This document shows positions 50,315-64,000 of a stretch of DNA of 64,000 nucleotides, piece after piece (the stretch's first letter is position 1; the number at the start of each line of letters is the position of its first letter). The notes under the pieces were generated by a model. The model was not told the origin of the DNA, did not search any database, and saw nothing but the letters and a program-made list of their open reading frames with translations. The stretch is from contig CP075495.1 of NCBI GenBank assembly GCA_021613535.1, positions 10,912,001 to 10,976,000 on the forward strand, given 5' to 3'. A program made the translations under genes and the position numbers. This stretch comes from Adineta vaga (lineage: Eukaryota; Animalia; Rotifera).

Positions 50315-53300
50315 TTATTTTCGTAGTCGATCCAATTTGTTAATATCATGGTATATCGATGGCATTGAAGAATAATATGTAAGTAAATCATCAAGCGATG
50401 TTCGACAATAATTATCAATCATTGCAATGGCTGATTCAATACGTGGAAGTGTTGTTAATTCGCTAAGAAGATTGTAAGAAAATGTGGCATAAGAAAATGG
50501 GAGAATTGCAGATTTGTTCTCTAGTCGATAACGTTTTTCTGCAAAGACCATTGTTCGACAAGCATTAGCGATTGTTTCAACTAATTTAGGTGATGCAGCA
50601 TTCATTAATTTGTATAAACCTTTTGTTGGTAAACGAAGAACAAGTGAACAATGGTTTTTAATATCATTAGATTTTAATCCAGCTAATTGTTGTGTAAATT
50701 GATAGGGTGTATTTGTTGATAATGGAAGAAGTTTTTGTAGACGAATTTGTTCAAGTTCATCATAGGAAATATTTATTTCTTCGATAATATTCGTTGGTGG
50801 TTGAATATTTTTCACATCAGCTATTTGAGTTGATTTAGAATTATTCTCATTAGCTTTGATGGGATTTGTTCGTAGTCGTCTCATTTCTCGAGGAATTGGT
50901 TCATGACGTGATGTATAAAATTCATTGAGAATAGTTTGATTATTTGGTTCTAATTTCAACAGATCTTTTAATGTTAATTCATACATATGTTCATTTCGAG
51001 ACATTTTATATGCAGATGCCTTACGATACAAAGCACGAATATTTTTTGGATCTAACTTGAGCGCTTTATCACAATCATCAATTGCTTTGTATGGCTAGAA
51101 GCAAGAAAGAATTGTAAATCATTTGTATTTAGAAAACGTTTCGTCCTACCTCGAATACTTTCAAGTAACATGCAGCTCGATTTGAATATAAAAATGCAAT
51201 ATTAGCATTAAGTTTAATACAATGTGTATACCACTGAATAGCAAGAATAAAACAAGCATCCATGTAAAGTTGATTACCACGTTCACGATACCATTCATAT
51301 TGATTATCATCAGAATAGTTCGTTTTAATTTTTATATATGATAGAAAACGTTCATCATCATTGTTATCATTGGGTAATTTTTCTCGCCAATTCTCACCTT
51401 CTGTTGCTTCCAATTTAGGAATCAATCTAAATATTATATAGAATACTTATAAAATCCGTTTATATTGCCAGTTTTTCGTTCTTCATAGATAGAACTATCA
51501 GTATTTTTAGTTTATACTCACTTTTCACATGCTCGTTGTGCCAATGCATGATTATAATCAGTTGATGGTATACGTGCATAATCTGCATAACTGAACAGAA
51601 GACTAGAAAAAGAAAATGATGTGCAAGATTCATTCTTATGAATTCAAATATTCACATACGAGTCTTCCATTTCAAATGCTTTTCCTCGACATATTAAAAC
51701 ATTTGCATCTATTTTATTATATTGTAAAGCTTCTGTTGCATATTGAATTGTCAGTACATGTTTACTAAGTTTCGCATTACATTGAGCACAGGTCATTAAT
51801 GTACTAACAATGTGATCAGTATGACGATGATAATCTATAAAATTCAAATAATAAAGTTAAATGATATTAATTGTTCAAAGAATCTAACCAAGTAAACCAT
51901 TTTTTAACATTTTTTTTGCTGCTTCGATAGCATTTCTGGAATCATTCAATCGATTAAATCGTTCAATATCACGTTGAAGTCTATCGAGTTCGTAGGGTCG
52001 AGATAATTTTGACCATGGTTTTTCAGATAAAGATGATGAACGACGATTCAATTGTAAATCACGTAACCAATTCTGTATTATAGGAGAAAAATTTGAATTC
52101 GATATTTGATCGTTATGAGAAGTTATTGTTGATGAAGATTTATTATTTGTTTCAAATGGATTCGTAGATAAATTTCCTAAATTTTGTTTATATGATGAAT
52201 GATTATTATCATTGGATATTGTGGAAAAAACTTTTTGATGATAAGTATTCTCATTTGTATAGACAAAACTATGATCGATTGAATCACTAGATTTTGTTTG
52301 TCCTGTTGGTGATATCGATGAGTGTGTTTGATCTATTTTATGATCAATTAATTCTGGTACTTCATCATTATCATCATCTTCCATTGTTGGTGAAACATTT
52401 AAACTATGGCCAGCATTTCCATCATCATCACTCATAGTTCCAAGAAGATCAGCACCAGCTTCATCACCAAGTTCCATATCATCATCGTCTTCATCATCTC
52501 CATCATTCAATGTCGATAGTTGAGAATTAATATTCTGTTGAAATTGATGAATTTCTTCACGATGATGAAAATGATGATCAAACATGGCCGGAGAAGCTTC
52601 TTGAGAATCTATGCAAGGTTGAGTATGATGATTAGTTCTAAGAAATAAACGAAATCAGTATATTAAAGAAAAATAATTTATTTATTCGTCTACTTTCGAG
52701 GAATATCAATATTCATAGATTGAACTGATTCGTTGGTAACTAATGGTACTATGGATGACGATGGTGGTACAGCTTCTTCCTCTTCTTCTTCTTCTTCTTC
52801 CACTTCCAAGATTGGAATTTTTACTGGTAATGGCTACAAATATTTTTCTTTTATTAGATTGAGAATAATTATTATTGAACTTACAGCTGATGGTTGAGGA
52901 ATAGTAGTACGAGATGAAGATGTTTCTTCATCTTCACCATCATCTTCAGTAATAGGTATGCGAATACCTTTTGGTTTTTGAACAGTTGGAATGTTTTTTA
53001 GTAGATTCTAGAAGAAATTGATTTAGAATTTTCGAAAGTTCTGATGAATGTTAGGGAAGCTTTTGTAAAAGTTAAACTTACTTTTGCTTCATTATTTTCT
53101 GGATCAACATTAAGAAGATTATCGAGATCATGTCTAGCTTCATCATAATGTCGTTTAGCAAGAAAACACGATGCTCGACGGAACAATGCTAAATAAACAG
53201 TACGTATAACTTTGGAAATTTTCGCATACAATCAACGCACCTTTGATATGACGTGGATCATTTATCAATACTTTCGAACAGTCAGATAATGATGCATCAT

Positions 53301-54444
53301 AACTGTCTAACTTATAATCTAGAAAAAGAAAATAAAGAAAAATATCGAAGTAAATTTGTGTGTGTGTTTTTGTATAGAATAACTAACGTGCTATTGCTCG
53401 ATTCATATAAACAACTGGATTGGTATCATCATGAGCAATACTCTTTGTATAAGAGTCAATCGCTTGTTGATATTTATTTGACTTAAATGCAGTATTTCCA
53501 TTTAAACGATGTTCTTCAGCTATACGAATACGTTCAGCTTTGATTTGAATTGGATCTACAGGACGAGATTCAGTTGCTAATGAATAGAGAACATATTTGT
53601 ATCATAATATAAAATAAAAAATAAACACACTTGTTTTTTTCTCCTTATGATTATCTTCTTCTTCATTATCATCATCATCGTCGTCACTATTCATTTCTTG
53701 GGAAAGTTTCTGATCTAACCTGAAAAAGAACATAATTTACTTTGAAAAGTACTATACATATATATATAATGAATTTGTCTCACTTTCCCCATTCATCATA
53801 AGTTCGCGGTACTATTCGTTTTGTTTTACCATTTTTGTTTATCACAGATGTTGCTGGCTTTGGAGTAATAGATTTAGCCTTTGAAAAATAAATGTATGCA
53901 CATATTTCATTATGATTATTCATATTACTTACAATTATGGATTTGTTACGGATAGGAATTGTATCTACACCATTATTTCGATGATCTTTTGTTGTCAGTG
54001 TAGATGATTTTTTATTTACATCTTTCATTTCGCAAAGAAAATCATCCAATTGCTGTTGTTCATCATCTGGCAATGCCGATCTATCAAGTGGAGCTGCTTC
54101 TTTACGAAGGATATGACTGAAGAATACAAAAGAATTTATTCATATGTTAATGACATCATCTTATATAGACTTATCTACCTGTTTGGCTTTATCTCTTGAA
54201 TTTGTTTCAGTGTTAATTTTTCTAAATCTGGAAATGAACCTACTTCACCATTACTACAAAAAGTCATAGACGATCTTTTTTTAAATTTCTATTAGATGAT
54301 CTTTTTCTTTTACATTAATTCTTTGTAAATCTTTTCAAGTTCTTTTCCATTTGTACAAGTTTGTATATATTTATGTTCGAAATGACTCAATGGTATATTA
54401 TATTTTTTTGTATGACCTGCTAGAGCAGCTGTTGCGTCATCCAT
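50315..54444 (-). CDS. SPAG1: Sperm-associated antigen 1-like TPR co-chaperone (R2SP / dynein-arm assembly)
   Basis: N-terminus KYNIPLSHFEHKYIQTCTNGKELEKIYKEL..GEVGSFPDL resembles the SPAG1 N-domain; several TPR clusters (GNTAFK, YSNRAACYLK, ALYRKA); RPAP3_C-like C-terminus. Confidence 0.8.
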
Positions 54445-54909
54445 CTAGAATAATTATTAGATAAAATTTTCATGTAGTGGAAATATTTTGTTCTTTATCT
54501 TGGTATCGATAAGATAGACGTCAAATGAATGAATAATTGAAGATCCTTCTCTTATATTCGAGTGCTTACTATTTTTATGTATATACGATCCAAACGAATA
54601 GACATATATTACTAATGCTTATCTCTTTCGTTCTCTGACTGTATTATACGGCACTGCTACTGTTTTGTTTGTTGATTTGAAAATGTATGGACAAGAATAT
54701 ATGTAGAAAAAGAAAGAAAAAGAAAAGAAAGAAACTATTCGAGTGGTACGATTGTCGGAAGAGATAAGATGTTATTAAGGGTATATACGTGCAGATAGAC
54801 TATATATATATATATACTAGACACAACTAGTTTCTTTACTTGTTAGTGGAGTTAGAAGTTCCCATAACACATTTACGAATAGATTATAACAATATTTGTC
54901 GACAAAAAA

Positions 54910-55583
54910 ATGGCTCTTCATCAAATAACATTAATTCTTTGTTTTGCATTTGTTTTAACTACATTTGCTGTTCAATTACAAGCACCATTTAAGCAATGTG
55001 GACGTATGTATTAAAAACATATCGAATGAGTTTTTGTCTACTATTTACATTTTTCTCTATTAACTAGCATCAAGCGCTGGACAAGTTATTAAAGCAACTG
55101 TAAACGCACCATGTACAAAAGAATATTGTACATTCTATAAAGGCAGTGATGCTCGCTTAGAATTTACATTCAACTTAAGTAAGAAGACTATGAAGTAAAA
55201 CATGAATAGAGAATAATTGAATTCATTTTCATTTTTTAAAGAAAAGAAGGCACATAAAGTTCGTGCTAAAGTTGTAGCAACTATTGGTACCATTGATCAT
55301 GATTTTGCTTTACCTAATCCTGATGTTTGTCAACAACTTGGTTGTCCACTTAAAAATGGTGTCGCCTATACATATCATAATAGCATGTATGTTAGTCCAA
55401 CTTATCCATCGGTATGTATATGATTACTCTATACTTTGTTTTCGTTTCTTAGTCATTGATTTTTGTTTTCTCATACAGGTTAAAGTCAATCAAATGCGTT
55501 ACTATTTAATCGATGGAAAAGGTCGTGAGCTCGCTTGTGTTTCATTACCCGTTATGATTACTGAAAAAGATTCCAAACAGTAA
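54910..55583 (+). CDS. NPC2: NPC2 / ML-domain lipid-binding protein
   Basis: Signal peptide, FKQCG, PC..C.F.KG, LPNPDVC..CPLKNG..Y.Y, PTYPS, LACV.LPV; six Cys; 4 exons. Confidence 0.85.
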
Positions 55584-55865
55584 TTTACAACAAACAAAAC
55601 TCTATGCTCATAACAACCCATAGATGCTTATGAATATCTCGTTTTTCTGTTCGTCATTTGTTTTCTTCTCTATAACTAAAGTTTTCTCTCTTTTCTCTTT
55701 CTTGTTCGACGCTTTTATTTCTTTTCATGTTTGTTTTTTAACTTGAAATAAAATGCATTAGAAACAATACAGCATTTTCAAGTTGATTTAGTCCGATAAG
55801 AGAAAAGTGAACGACGTAAGAAGATCAAAAACTAACGCAAAATAGAAAGAAAAGAATAAACAATC

Positions 55866-56657
55866 ATGCTATCACCGATGGGACGTGTACTTTCAACGGA
55901 ATCAGATCTATCATCAAGTAAAAATCAACATATTTTTATTTCATACTCTATTCAATCGAAAAAATTTTCTTTTCTTTCATTTTTTTAAGGTTTAGGAACT
56001 GAATATCGTGAATGTTTTCTATCACCACGTCGAGAAGACTATGGTCCTCGTGCAGTTATACCAAAAGCTCCTGTTAAACGTTCTTTATCCAATCGTACAG
56101 CTCTTTCTTATGATCTTGATAGAAATCCTCTATCAGATTACTCTGAATATCGTTTCTGCTATGAAAACTATCGTCCTAAACGTCCATATATTCATCATGA
56201 ACAACGTAGTCAAGTCTTTGATTATGTTCCAAAACCTTTGAATCCTAAACCTTCAATGAAATTGCCAGTCCAAACTACGAATGGTTTAAACGATACTGAA
56301 TATCATGAACGATTTCCTAATTACCGTTCATTTATTCCTACACGTGAACTTCTTCCAGCACATATTCCCGTTAATTCAAATGTACAATCTCATACGCAAA
56401 GAAAAAGAGAAGAAATGAGATGTAGTCAATATTTTCAACAACTTATTGCGGATAATGAACGATCAAATGGTGGACGAGATATTGGTACAAGTGAACAACG
56501 TACTGCTTTTCAATGGCCTTTTCATCTTTCACATTCACAACGAACACCGCGACAACCAGACGTATCTACACCAAATTCGAAACCATATTTTACACCTCGA
56601 AATATCTACGAACCTCTCCCACCTATTCAACGAACATCAGTTAACACTTCCTATTGA
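55866..56657 (+). CDS. Mn-motif (SAXO/MAP6/MDM1-like) microtubule-binding protein
   Basis: 2 exons; repeated motifs TEYRECF, SEYRFCY, TEYHERF, SEQRTAFQW in a basic, Pro-rich background. Confidence 0.6.
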
Positions 56658-57762
56658 GTTTTGTTTTTCAAATATGAATCGTTGCGAAATGATTATCAAA
56701 GAAATAAAAATGCAGTAAAACAAAACAAAAAATGATTTGTTTTCATAGAATTTATTAAGTTGAATAAATAGGTAATCAGTCAGTCGTTTCCTTACTTCTT
56801 CTACTTGATTAATTCACTTTCTTGATTACTGTTGTTCTTATGATGAAGTAAAAGAAAAACAAATAAACTTACTTTTCAAATTCCTTTTATCGAATTAGAT
56901 TATTTACTATCTAAAAAATACAAATATATGAAAATATTTTGTTTTTAGATTAATACAATATAGAATTCAATAGATTAAGTATTGCACTTAAAGATGTTAT
57001 TATTGTTTGTATTAATATAGAACAGAAAAAATATTTTTGAAAATCGATGGAATCGTTAGTAAAGATATAAGTATTTTCTATATGCATAAGAAATGAACTT
57101 TAAAAAGATTAACGATGTGCCTTATGGCTTTTCTTAGAAATAGTAAAACAAAGTTAAACATCTACGCCTACTTTTTATTCCAAAAATAATATTAAACATT
57201 CGTTCGAATTCGAAGTATATAAAAAATCTATCTGAAAAAAGAAATGGAACTGAATATTTAGACGTTTATTATGTCAATATATAAGGAATTTCTTTATCAT
57301 GAATGGAGAAAACAAATGATGGCAATTGTTTTTCGAATAAAAGATATTTGTTGTATTTATGATGCAAGTAATTGAGTGAGGAATCGATGGTGAGATAAAA
57401 GAAAGCTTTTCAAAAGTAAAATCTTTTTTGTGAGTAATAAAGTAACAAGAAAAATTCTGTTTGCTAGATTTTTGAACCGACGAAAAGAAAACATTTCTTA
57501 CACACATCAGACATTTTTGGTCATAATGGCACAAAAACGACGAAAACAGAAACAGAAAAAAACACATTAGCATGCACACAGATAACCAATCACCAGTAAT
57601 ATAGAGTTGAAACATTATAATAATATGAATATTTTTACAAAGGTGCAGAGAAAAAAAAACTGTAAAGAACAAATAACACACATATACACGCTTTGTCACA
57701 TCTGTCTCTCAAAGTTATTGAATTTCTTGTTTTTATTATAGAAAAAACGTTCATTAAGTCAT

Positions 57763-60277
57763 TTAAGTTGTTTTATCCGCATTAACGATTTGTTCAACTG
57801 GAGCATCTGTACTTGTTTTCACTTGTTTTGGTCGTTTATTGCTAGATCGATTATTATCTTCACCATTTTCTACACGTTTGCTTGATTGTGATTGATCGGT
57901 AGTTATTGGATTAGAAGTCGCTCCTGCTGCCTGTGATCTTGTTTTCGCTCGAGTATTCGATGTTTGAGCAGGAACATGTGGATAGAGTTTAGAAATACTA
58001 CCAATAGCTTTTGTACGACCTTCACGGAAGACAAGTTTCATTCCCAAACGAAGATATTCAGGTGATTTTATGAAACGGAAACGAACTTGTGCACGATCAC
58101 CTGTACGTAAATGTTCAACAGACATTGAGATAATCGTTGCTGTTTGACGTATACTACCACAATGCACTATAGAACAAAAATAATATTATAAAATCAAATA
58201 GATTTGTTTTCAAAATATTTCTTTACCCATTGCTTGATATTTCGCACTGATGGTAGTTGGATGATGTAAGATTAATAGGTCAGCTTCGAATTCCCAATAA
58301 GCCACAGGTGGAATAGCAGGAGAAAGTAAAACCATACCTTTACGAAGTTCAGATTTTTTTATCTGAAAATAGATAATTGAAAATAAAGATTCTTTCGAAA
58401 AATTGAAATAAATATCTTCGTACTTTTCTCAATGCAAATGATGACGTTTGTCCACCTTTACATTCTTTCACAGGCATTCGTTTTCGATGAATACCTAAAC
58501 GAAATCGTTTTTCAATGAACTTCTATATCTTTTTGTTTTATTTGTATACACACTTCGAATCTGTACACTTTTGAATTGTCCCAAGGGATCAGGTCCTAAT
58601 TGTAAATTATCACCAAGTTTAATGATACCTTTTAATGTTGTTCCGCTAACAACTGTTCCAACACCAGGTACTGCATAAAGATCATCAATTTGAAATTCAG
58701 CTGGTTCATCGAGACATGCTTCCATTCGTGTTGAGAGTAAATTTAAGAATTTTTTCAATAAATCTAAATTTTCACCAGTTACATTCGATACTTGAAAGAT
58801 TGGGCATAATCGTTCACTGGTAAAATTCGTTGCACACGTAATAACATCATCATTATTTTGTACTAACAGAGGAATTTTTCGAACACCAGTAGAACGAAGA
58901 ATTCGTTGAAGAAGTCGCATGGTTTCTTGGAGAACATTGGGAGGAGCCATATCAATTTTAGTAACAACAACAAAAACCGGTACACCAAGTGCAAGAGCCA
59001 ATCCCTTGAAAAATGAAAATCATATGATTATTTTCACTATTTATCAATATTCTTTTATCAATAGAATTAAGATTAAAATATCCTTGAATTGAAGATATCA
59101 AAACTGTAGTTATCTTACCAGATGTTCCTTTGTCATACCAATGACACCGGCATTGGCACCAACCTAGATCACAATTAAAAAGAAGATGACCATACGATTC
59201 TAAAATTTAACTATTATTTTACCATTAACATAGCATAATCAGGAGCATGACCTGTCATACCAAAGACAGTTGTTTTTAGATATTTTTCTATTAGAAATGA
59301 AATATTTATCGCACATTTCTAGTTTTTAAAATTAAACAATTCTTACCATGTCCAGCTAAATCAATAAATGTGACAACCTATAAGAAGAAAACATAATGTT
59401 CATTGATGATACTGATTAAAATAATCGAAAATTTACCTTAGCTGCTCTTTGACATATATCAGTCCAATCAAGTGCTTGATTGCCATGAGTATCTGGTCTG
59501 TTGACAATAACTCCTTGTGCATCAAAACCCAAAATATCCTAGAAAAATTTTACATAAAATTCTATTCGAAATTTTCATCCTTTTGAATTCTTACATTTCC
59601 CACAGATGACGTTCGACCAGTTTCAACTTCATGTTTATGTCGAAAAAGTTTCTGTCGTGCAACACCACGTCCATCATCCAATACTCCATGTGTGAGCACA
59701 CCAAGAAGTGTGGATTTACCAGCATCGACATTACCCGTTACAGCAACTCTGAAAACCGCAAAACAAAATGATGTCAAATATAGGAAATTGCCAATATGTG
59801 TCGTTTCATTTTACCTCACTTCCATAAAATCTTCTTGATCAATATGTCTTCGAATGAGATATTCATTTACAAAACGTGTATTATTTGAAACAGATTTTTC
59901 ACGTAGTAATTGAACCTCAGAATCAAGTACGGCTTGCATACTTTTTAGTGTAGCAACAGATGCTTCCATTTCATCAGGAAGTAAACCAGGTGTTTCACCG
60001 TCAGTGACTAAAACAATCGATTTTCATCTCTACTTTCTCATCAAACAAAAATCATACCTCCAGTTCCTATTTCTAGAATAGTTTCACCATGACCTTCATC
60101 TAATCGTTTTTTAAGAAAATTCACCAATGCATCAAACTGCTCCTCATTTGGACTAATCCACGCAGTTTTCTTTGATAAATATTGTCGAATAGCATCTGAT
60201 TGCTGTTCTTCGACTTCATTCATTGTTTTAGACATTGTCGTATCAGCAAATGTTTGTATTCCATCGGCCGCCGCCAT
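57763..60277 (-). CDS. GTPBP1: GTP-binding protein 1 (eEF1A-related translational GTPase)
   Basis: [95 protein letters not shown]. Confidence 0.95.
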
Positions 60278-61200
60278 TGTAGACGACTGTTCTGAAGTAT
60301 ACTGAATAACAAAACAAAACAAGAGTAAATATTTAGAAGAAATATTTTCAATAGGAAAAGATATTCAATTGTTTAGTACACTCACATGCAAATTTTCCTC
60401 ATCCGACATCTATGCTGTTATTCGTATATCGCTTTCGAATTTTATATAGTTTTTCGTAGTCAAGTTTTCCAACAATAAATCTCATACGATCGTATAAAGT
60501 GTGTCATAAAAAGGGAAAAACTCATCTTTATTTATATACAATTTCAATCATGACTGATGAAATATTTCAGTCATCTGATGATAGACAAGGGTGACCATAC
60601 GATACTGAGCATGTCAGTTAAAGTCTTGCATCAGATATTTGAAAGGAAAAGAGTACAGGTAAAGCGAGAGGAAACTATACAGCTTGTAAATATTGCACAA
60701 TCATTGCAACATATTTAAGTGAAATCTAATGCAATGTCAATGGATAAAATATCTAAAAAATAGAATTATGGTAATGTTAAGAGTTTCGAAAGTGTGTACT
60801 AGATAGTTGTTTTGATTATATAGAGGAAAAAACTGTAAAAATTGTGATGTTGAAATAAACTTTTTTTTTCGTTATTTTTATGTAACTATAAAGGATAGAC
60901 AGATGACGAAAAAGAAGAATATAAAGAGAACGCTTGTATACTATTGGTTATTGAGTAACCATTCGTATGATTGTCGAGTCTCTATCCTTTCTTTAACTAT
61001 GGCCTCTTACAATTATTTTGTTTTGTCGATAATTTTGGGCGGTGAAAGAAAAATTGTAATTTCTCGAAATTATTCAGCGTCAAAATGAATCAATCAGTAA
61101 TTGTATTTTTAATAAAAAATAAATAAATCACCGCATATCAAACGAAAAATAAAAGGAAGTACTAATACAAAAATGGTCTATGAAATGTAATTTCTTGTCT

Positions 61201-61214
61201 TTGCGCATGCGCAA
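61201..61214. promoter_or_regulatory. Perfect palindrome matching the NRF1/Ewg/P3A2 consensus TGCGCATGCGCA
   Basis: ttgcgcatgcgcaa in an otherwise very AT-rich divergent intergenic region. Confidence 0.5.
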
Positions 61215-62329
61215 TCATCAGTTGACAGATGATCAACAATTCAATATGTATAGATCGTTGAAGTTGATATCAATGACTTCAAACTAATATCAAAACTTGT
61301 TTACAAGTCTCTTAGCTTTGCAGTACATTTTAGTATTAAATATAGGCAATGAAATGAGTATTGATGAACAAAAACTAGTTTTCCATTGAAATTTGTGTTT
61401 GAATAAGTTTATATATGTGATATGAATCTATTGATGTATTTTCGATATAATTATAAATATAAGACATTTTCAATTATTATCTGAGGAGTCTGCAATGCGA
61501 CACTTCAGTACCAATGTGCATGTCATATTATCAATGAAAATCTGACATTTTTTAATTTTCTTTTCTGGATAATTCCATTTTGTTTATGATATACTTCTCA
61601 ATAATTAAATTTATTTACGGATACTAAGACATAGAACAACTTTGAACTTTAGTCGTATGAATTTAGATGGAAAAAGTGAAAAAAATTCTGATAAATATTC
61701 GCTTGAATTGTGTCTGTTTCATTTTTTCATGCATTCCTTTTTGAATGTAATGACAGTCTCTTGTCATTTCATGATTTTATTAAATAGATTCACAAAAGTA
61801 CGTCTAGTCAAATAATTCGGTACTTTTATGCTTAAAAGTTCATATATTCAGTGAAAAATATAGCGAATTATGCAGCTGTCATTAGCAGTTCAATTATATT
61901 CAGCGTAGATAGACTGTTTTTATGTCGCAAAAATAGAGTCATAGAAATTTCTGCAAGACAGAGAAATAATATTTCAACTATCTTCTAATCGAGTGAGAAT
62001 AAAGATATGAATTTTCATTTTAAAGTTAGAGATGTACTTTTCACTTGCGAGGGTGTATACGAACAAATCTCTTCATTTCTCATTTATCTAATAGATACTT
62101 TTTGCTATAAATAATGATTTTGATAATTCTAATTCCGACTTTTTTCTCATTTAGAGAAGTATAAAAACATATCAAGGCGACAAAATGAAAGATTTCAGAC
62201 ATTTTTGACGACTTATATGAAATCGTCGTGAGTATTTATAAAACTTATAGAATCTTCTATGTTTTAGTTCAAAGAAATTATAGAACTAGAAACTGTTCAT
62301 CATCAAGCATTTCTATTACAAAGATCATT

Positions 62330-63339
62330 ATGTCATCTCCAAGTGCCTATGTAGTCACATTATCCACAACAATTCGATATATTTCATTGACTATCAATTT
62401 CATTACATTGATTATCGGTACATTCGGAGCTTTGTGTAATTTAATTACTTTTACTTCACCACAATTACGTCGAAATGCTTGTATATTTTACTTAGTATGT
62501 GCAACAACATTTCAGTTACTTTCTATTCTTTTTATTGTTCCAAGTCGTATGGCATTGGATAGTTTTGGAAGTAATTTAGAACGTGAATCAATTATCTTCT
62601 GTAAAATTAGATATTATCTCGTTGTTACATTACCTGAACTAGCAACATACTATATCTTATTATCAATTATGGATCGATGTTTAGCTACATCAGCTTGCTA
62701 GTATACGAGCATGGAGTCAACTTAAAGTAGCACATCGATTATCATTTGGTATTCTTACATTTATCTTTATTTCAAATTCTCATTTGTTAGTATACTATAC
62801 AATCTATAATAATAGTTGTCAAACTGTACCCAGTACTTTTTATACTACATTTGTGGCTGGTTATACCTTGGCTGTAGTCATTGTTATACCACATGCATTT
62901 ATGCTGATTTTATCGATTATTACTTTTTTAAATATGAAAAGAACAAGACAACGAGTAGCACCAGCTTCAAACACACTACATCAACGACAAACACATCGTT
63001 TCGAATCACATATTATTATGGTCAGAATATATTTCTCTATTTTATACTAGTTTTAATGCATTTCTATTTTAGGTAATTATCTTACAAGTAGTCGTCAGTT
63101 CTATTCTTCTACTATTACGTATTGGATCATATCTGTACTCGGTTTTTACAAGTGGTAATTTGAATAGAACTCTTGAAGAACGTGTTGCTGAAGGTTTTGC
63201 TCTACAACTTGGTGTATCCTTATATTATCTTAGTTTTGCTCTTGCTTTCTATGTATCAACTTTAACAAGCAAATATTTTCGTGAAATATTTTCGAAACGT
63301 ATTAGTGATTTCTATCGTCATTTACATGGTGCGGGTTAG
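62330..63339 (+). CDS. Orphan rhodopsin-like (class A) GPCR, with frameshift at ~62696
   Basis: TM1 IGTFGALCNLITF, LRRNACIFYL, FCKIRYY, TM3 SIMDRCLATS, TM7 FYVSTLTSKYFR; one intron ~63021-63072. Confidence 0.8.
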
Positions 63340-63911
63340 TTCTAATGGTATTATAAATGACATGAAAGTAATGGTATTTATCTTCAATATTGTAGAATTA
63401 AAAAAAAGTAAAAGAATTTTTGTGCAAGAAGATATTTGCCTCGAAGCAATACGTATAATGTGCTTGAATAATGATCATTAGAATCTCTAACTTCATTCGA
63501 ATAAGAGGTCATTCAACCATTTATATAGAAACACTTGAATCTTATTCTTTGATCTATGAATTGAATGATTTTAGTTCTTTGAAGTTAAACTATATTTATT
63601 GTTTATAATGTATGAATAAAGTCTCCAGTCTTTTTTCTTAAATGTAACTTTACAAGAATGTTCATCATTTTAAATTGAACATTTCTACTTCTATCTACTA
63701 CAATTATTCTTTTGAAAAAAGACGAAATAATGTCTGATAAAATTGCTAATCAAGAGTTGTTCGAGATGAAAATTTATCTAGTAGTTTAAATCAATAGATA
63801 TTTTCTCATGGATTATTACGAAATTTCGAAGAGAAAAAAAGGGCAAGTACTTTATTTTATCAGACATATTTATTTAACCTTATGTTTTCTTTCTCAGTAT
63901 AGAAGACATTA

Positions 63912-64000
63912 ATGAACAATAACAATCAACTTCATATAAATTCACATAACAAAAATGCCAACATCATTTTATCAAAAACATATTTCAGAGGTTTCTTCAA
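63912..64000 (+). CDS. Possible 5' end of a gene running off the window
   Basis: Pyrimidine tract + cag at ~63897, followed by ATGs (63912, 63955) open to the edge. Confidence 0.25.
   Translation, partial: MNNNNQLHINSHNKNANIILSKTYFRGFF

Noticed and set aside
54858-54871. RFX X-box upstream of SPAG1 (gttcccataacaca)
   Set aside because: Two mismatches in the conserved 3' half-site
57274-57699. 141-aa ORF downstream of GTPBP1
   Set aside because: Phe/Cys-rich reading of a U-rich 3'UTR
60550-60574. Inverted repeat atgactga...tcagtcat
   Set aside because: Short and AT-rich; expected by chance
1-64000. CRISPR arrays, rRNA, tRNA, transposase or reverse transcriptase ORFs
   Set aside because: No repeat-spacer periodicity, cloverleaf, rRNA-like GC-rich segment or TE protein motif seen by eye

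Overview
AT-rich eukaryotic (animal) genomic DNA, gene-dense, with many ~45-70 nt GT-AG introns and no prokaryotic features. The gene content (expanded Zn-finger/coiled-coil 'QxxxW' family, TLDc proteins, PPxPPPGP(L/V)II(R/K)E proline-rich family, orphan rhodopsin-like GPCR, protist-type GH25 lysozyme, intronless DUF985 cupin) points to a rotifer, probably bdelloid (inference). About 25 protein-coding genes were reconstructed by hand: GLOD4, FBXL4, BTB, a TASK-like K2P channel, TENT5, DUF985, membrane-anchored MMP, two TLDc proteins, LANCL, two JmjC/EF-hand proteins, Tctex-1, GH18 chitinase, ARF-like GTPase, GH25 lysozyme, SPAG1, NPC2, an Mn-motif microtubule protein, GTPBP1 and a GPCR. The top candidate novel system is at 27.8-33.1 kb: a tandem pair of signal-peptide + JmjC + EF-hand + KDEL-like proteins. 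One keeps the HxD...H iron triad; the other has lost all three ligands yet has an intact ORF (enzyme + pseudoenzyme). They are 58 bp apart and are followed 138 bp later by LANCL, in an operon-like array with splice acceptors just before the downstream ATGs. Several genes carry small frameshifting indels, which may be assembly errors or real decay. Exon boundaries were read by eye, so coordinates are approximate to a few nt.
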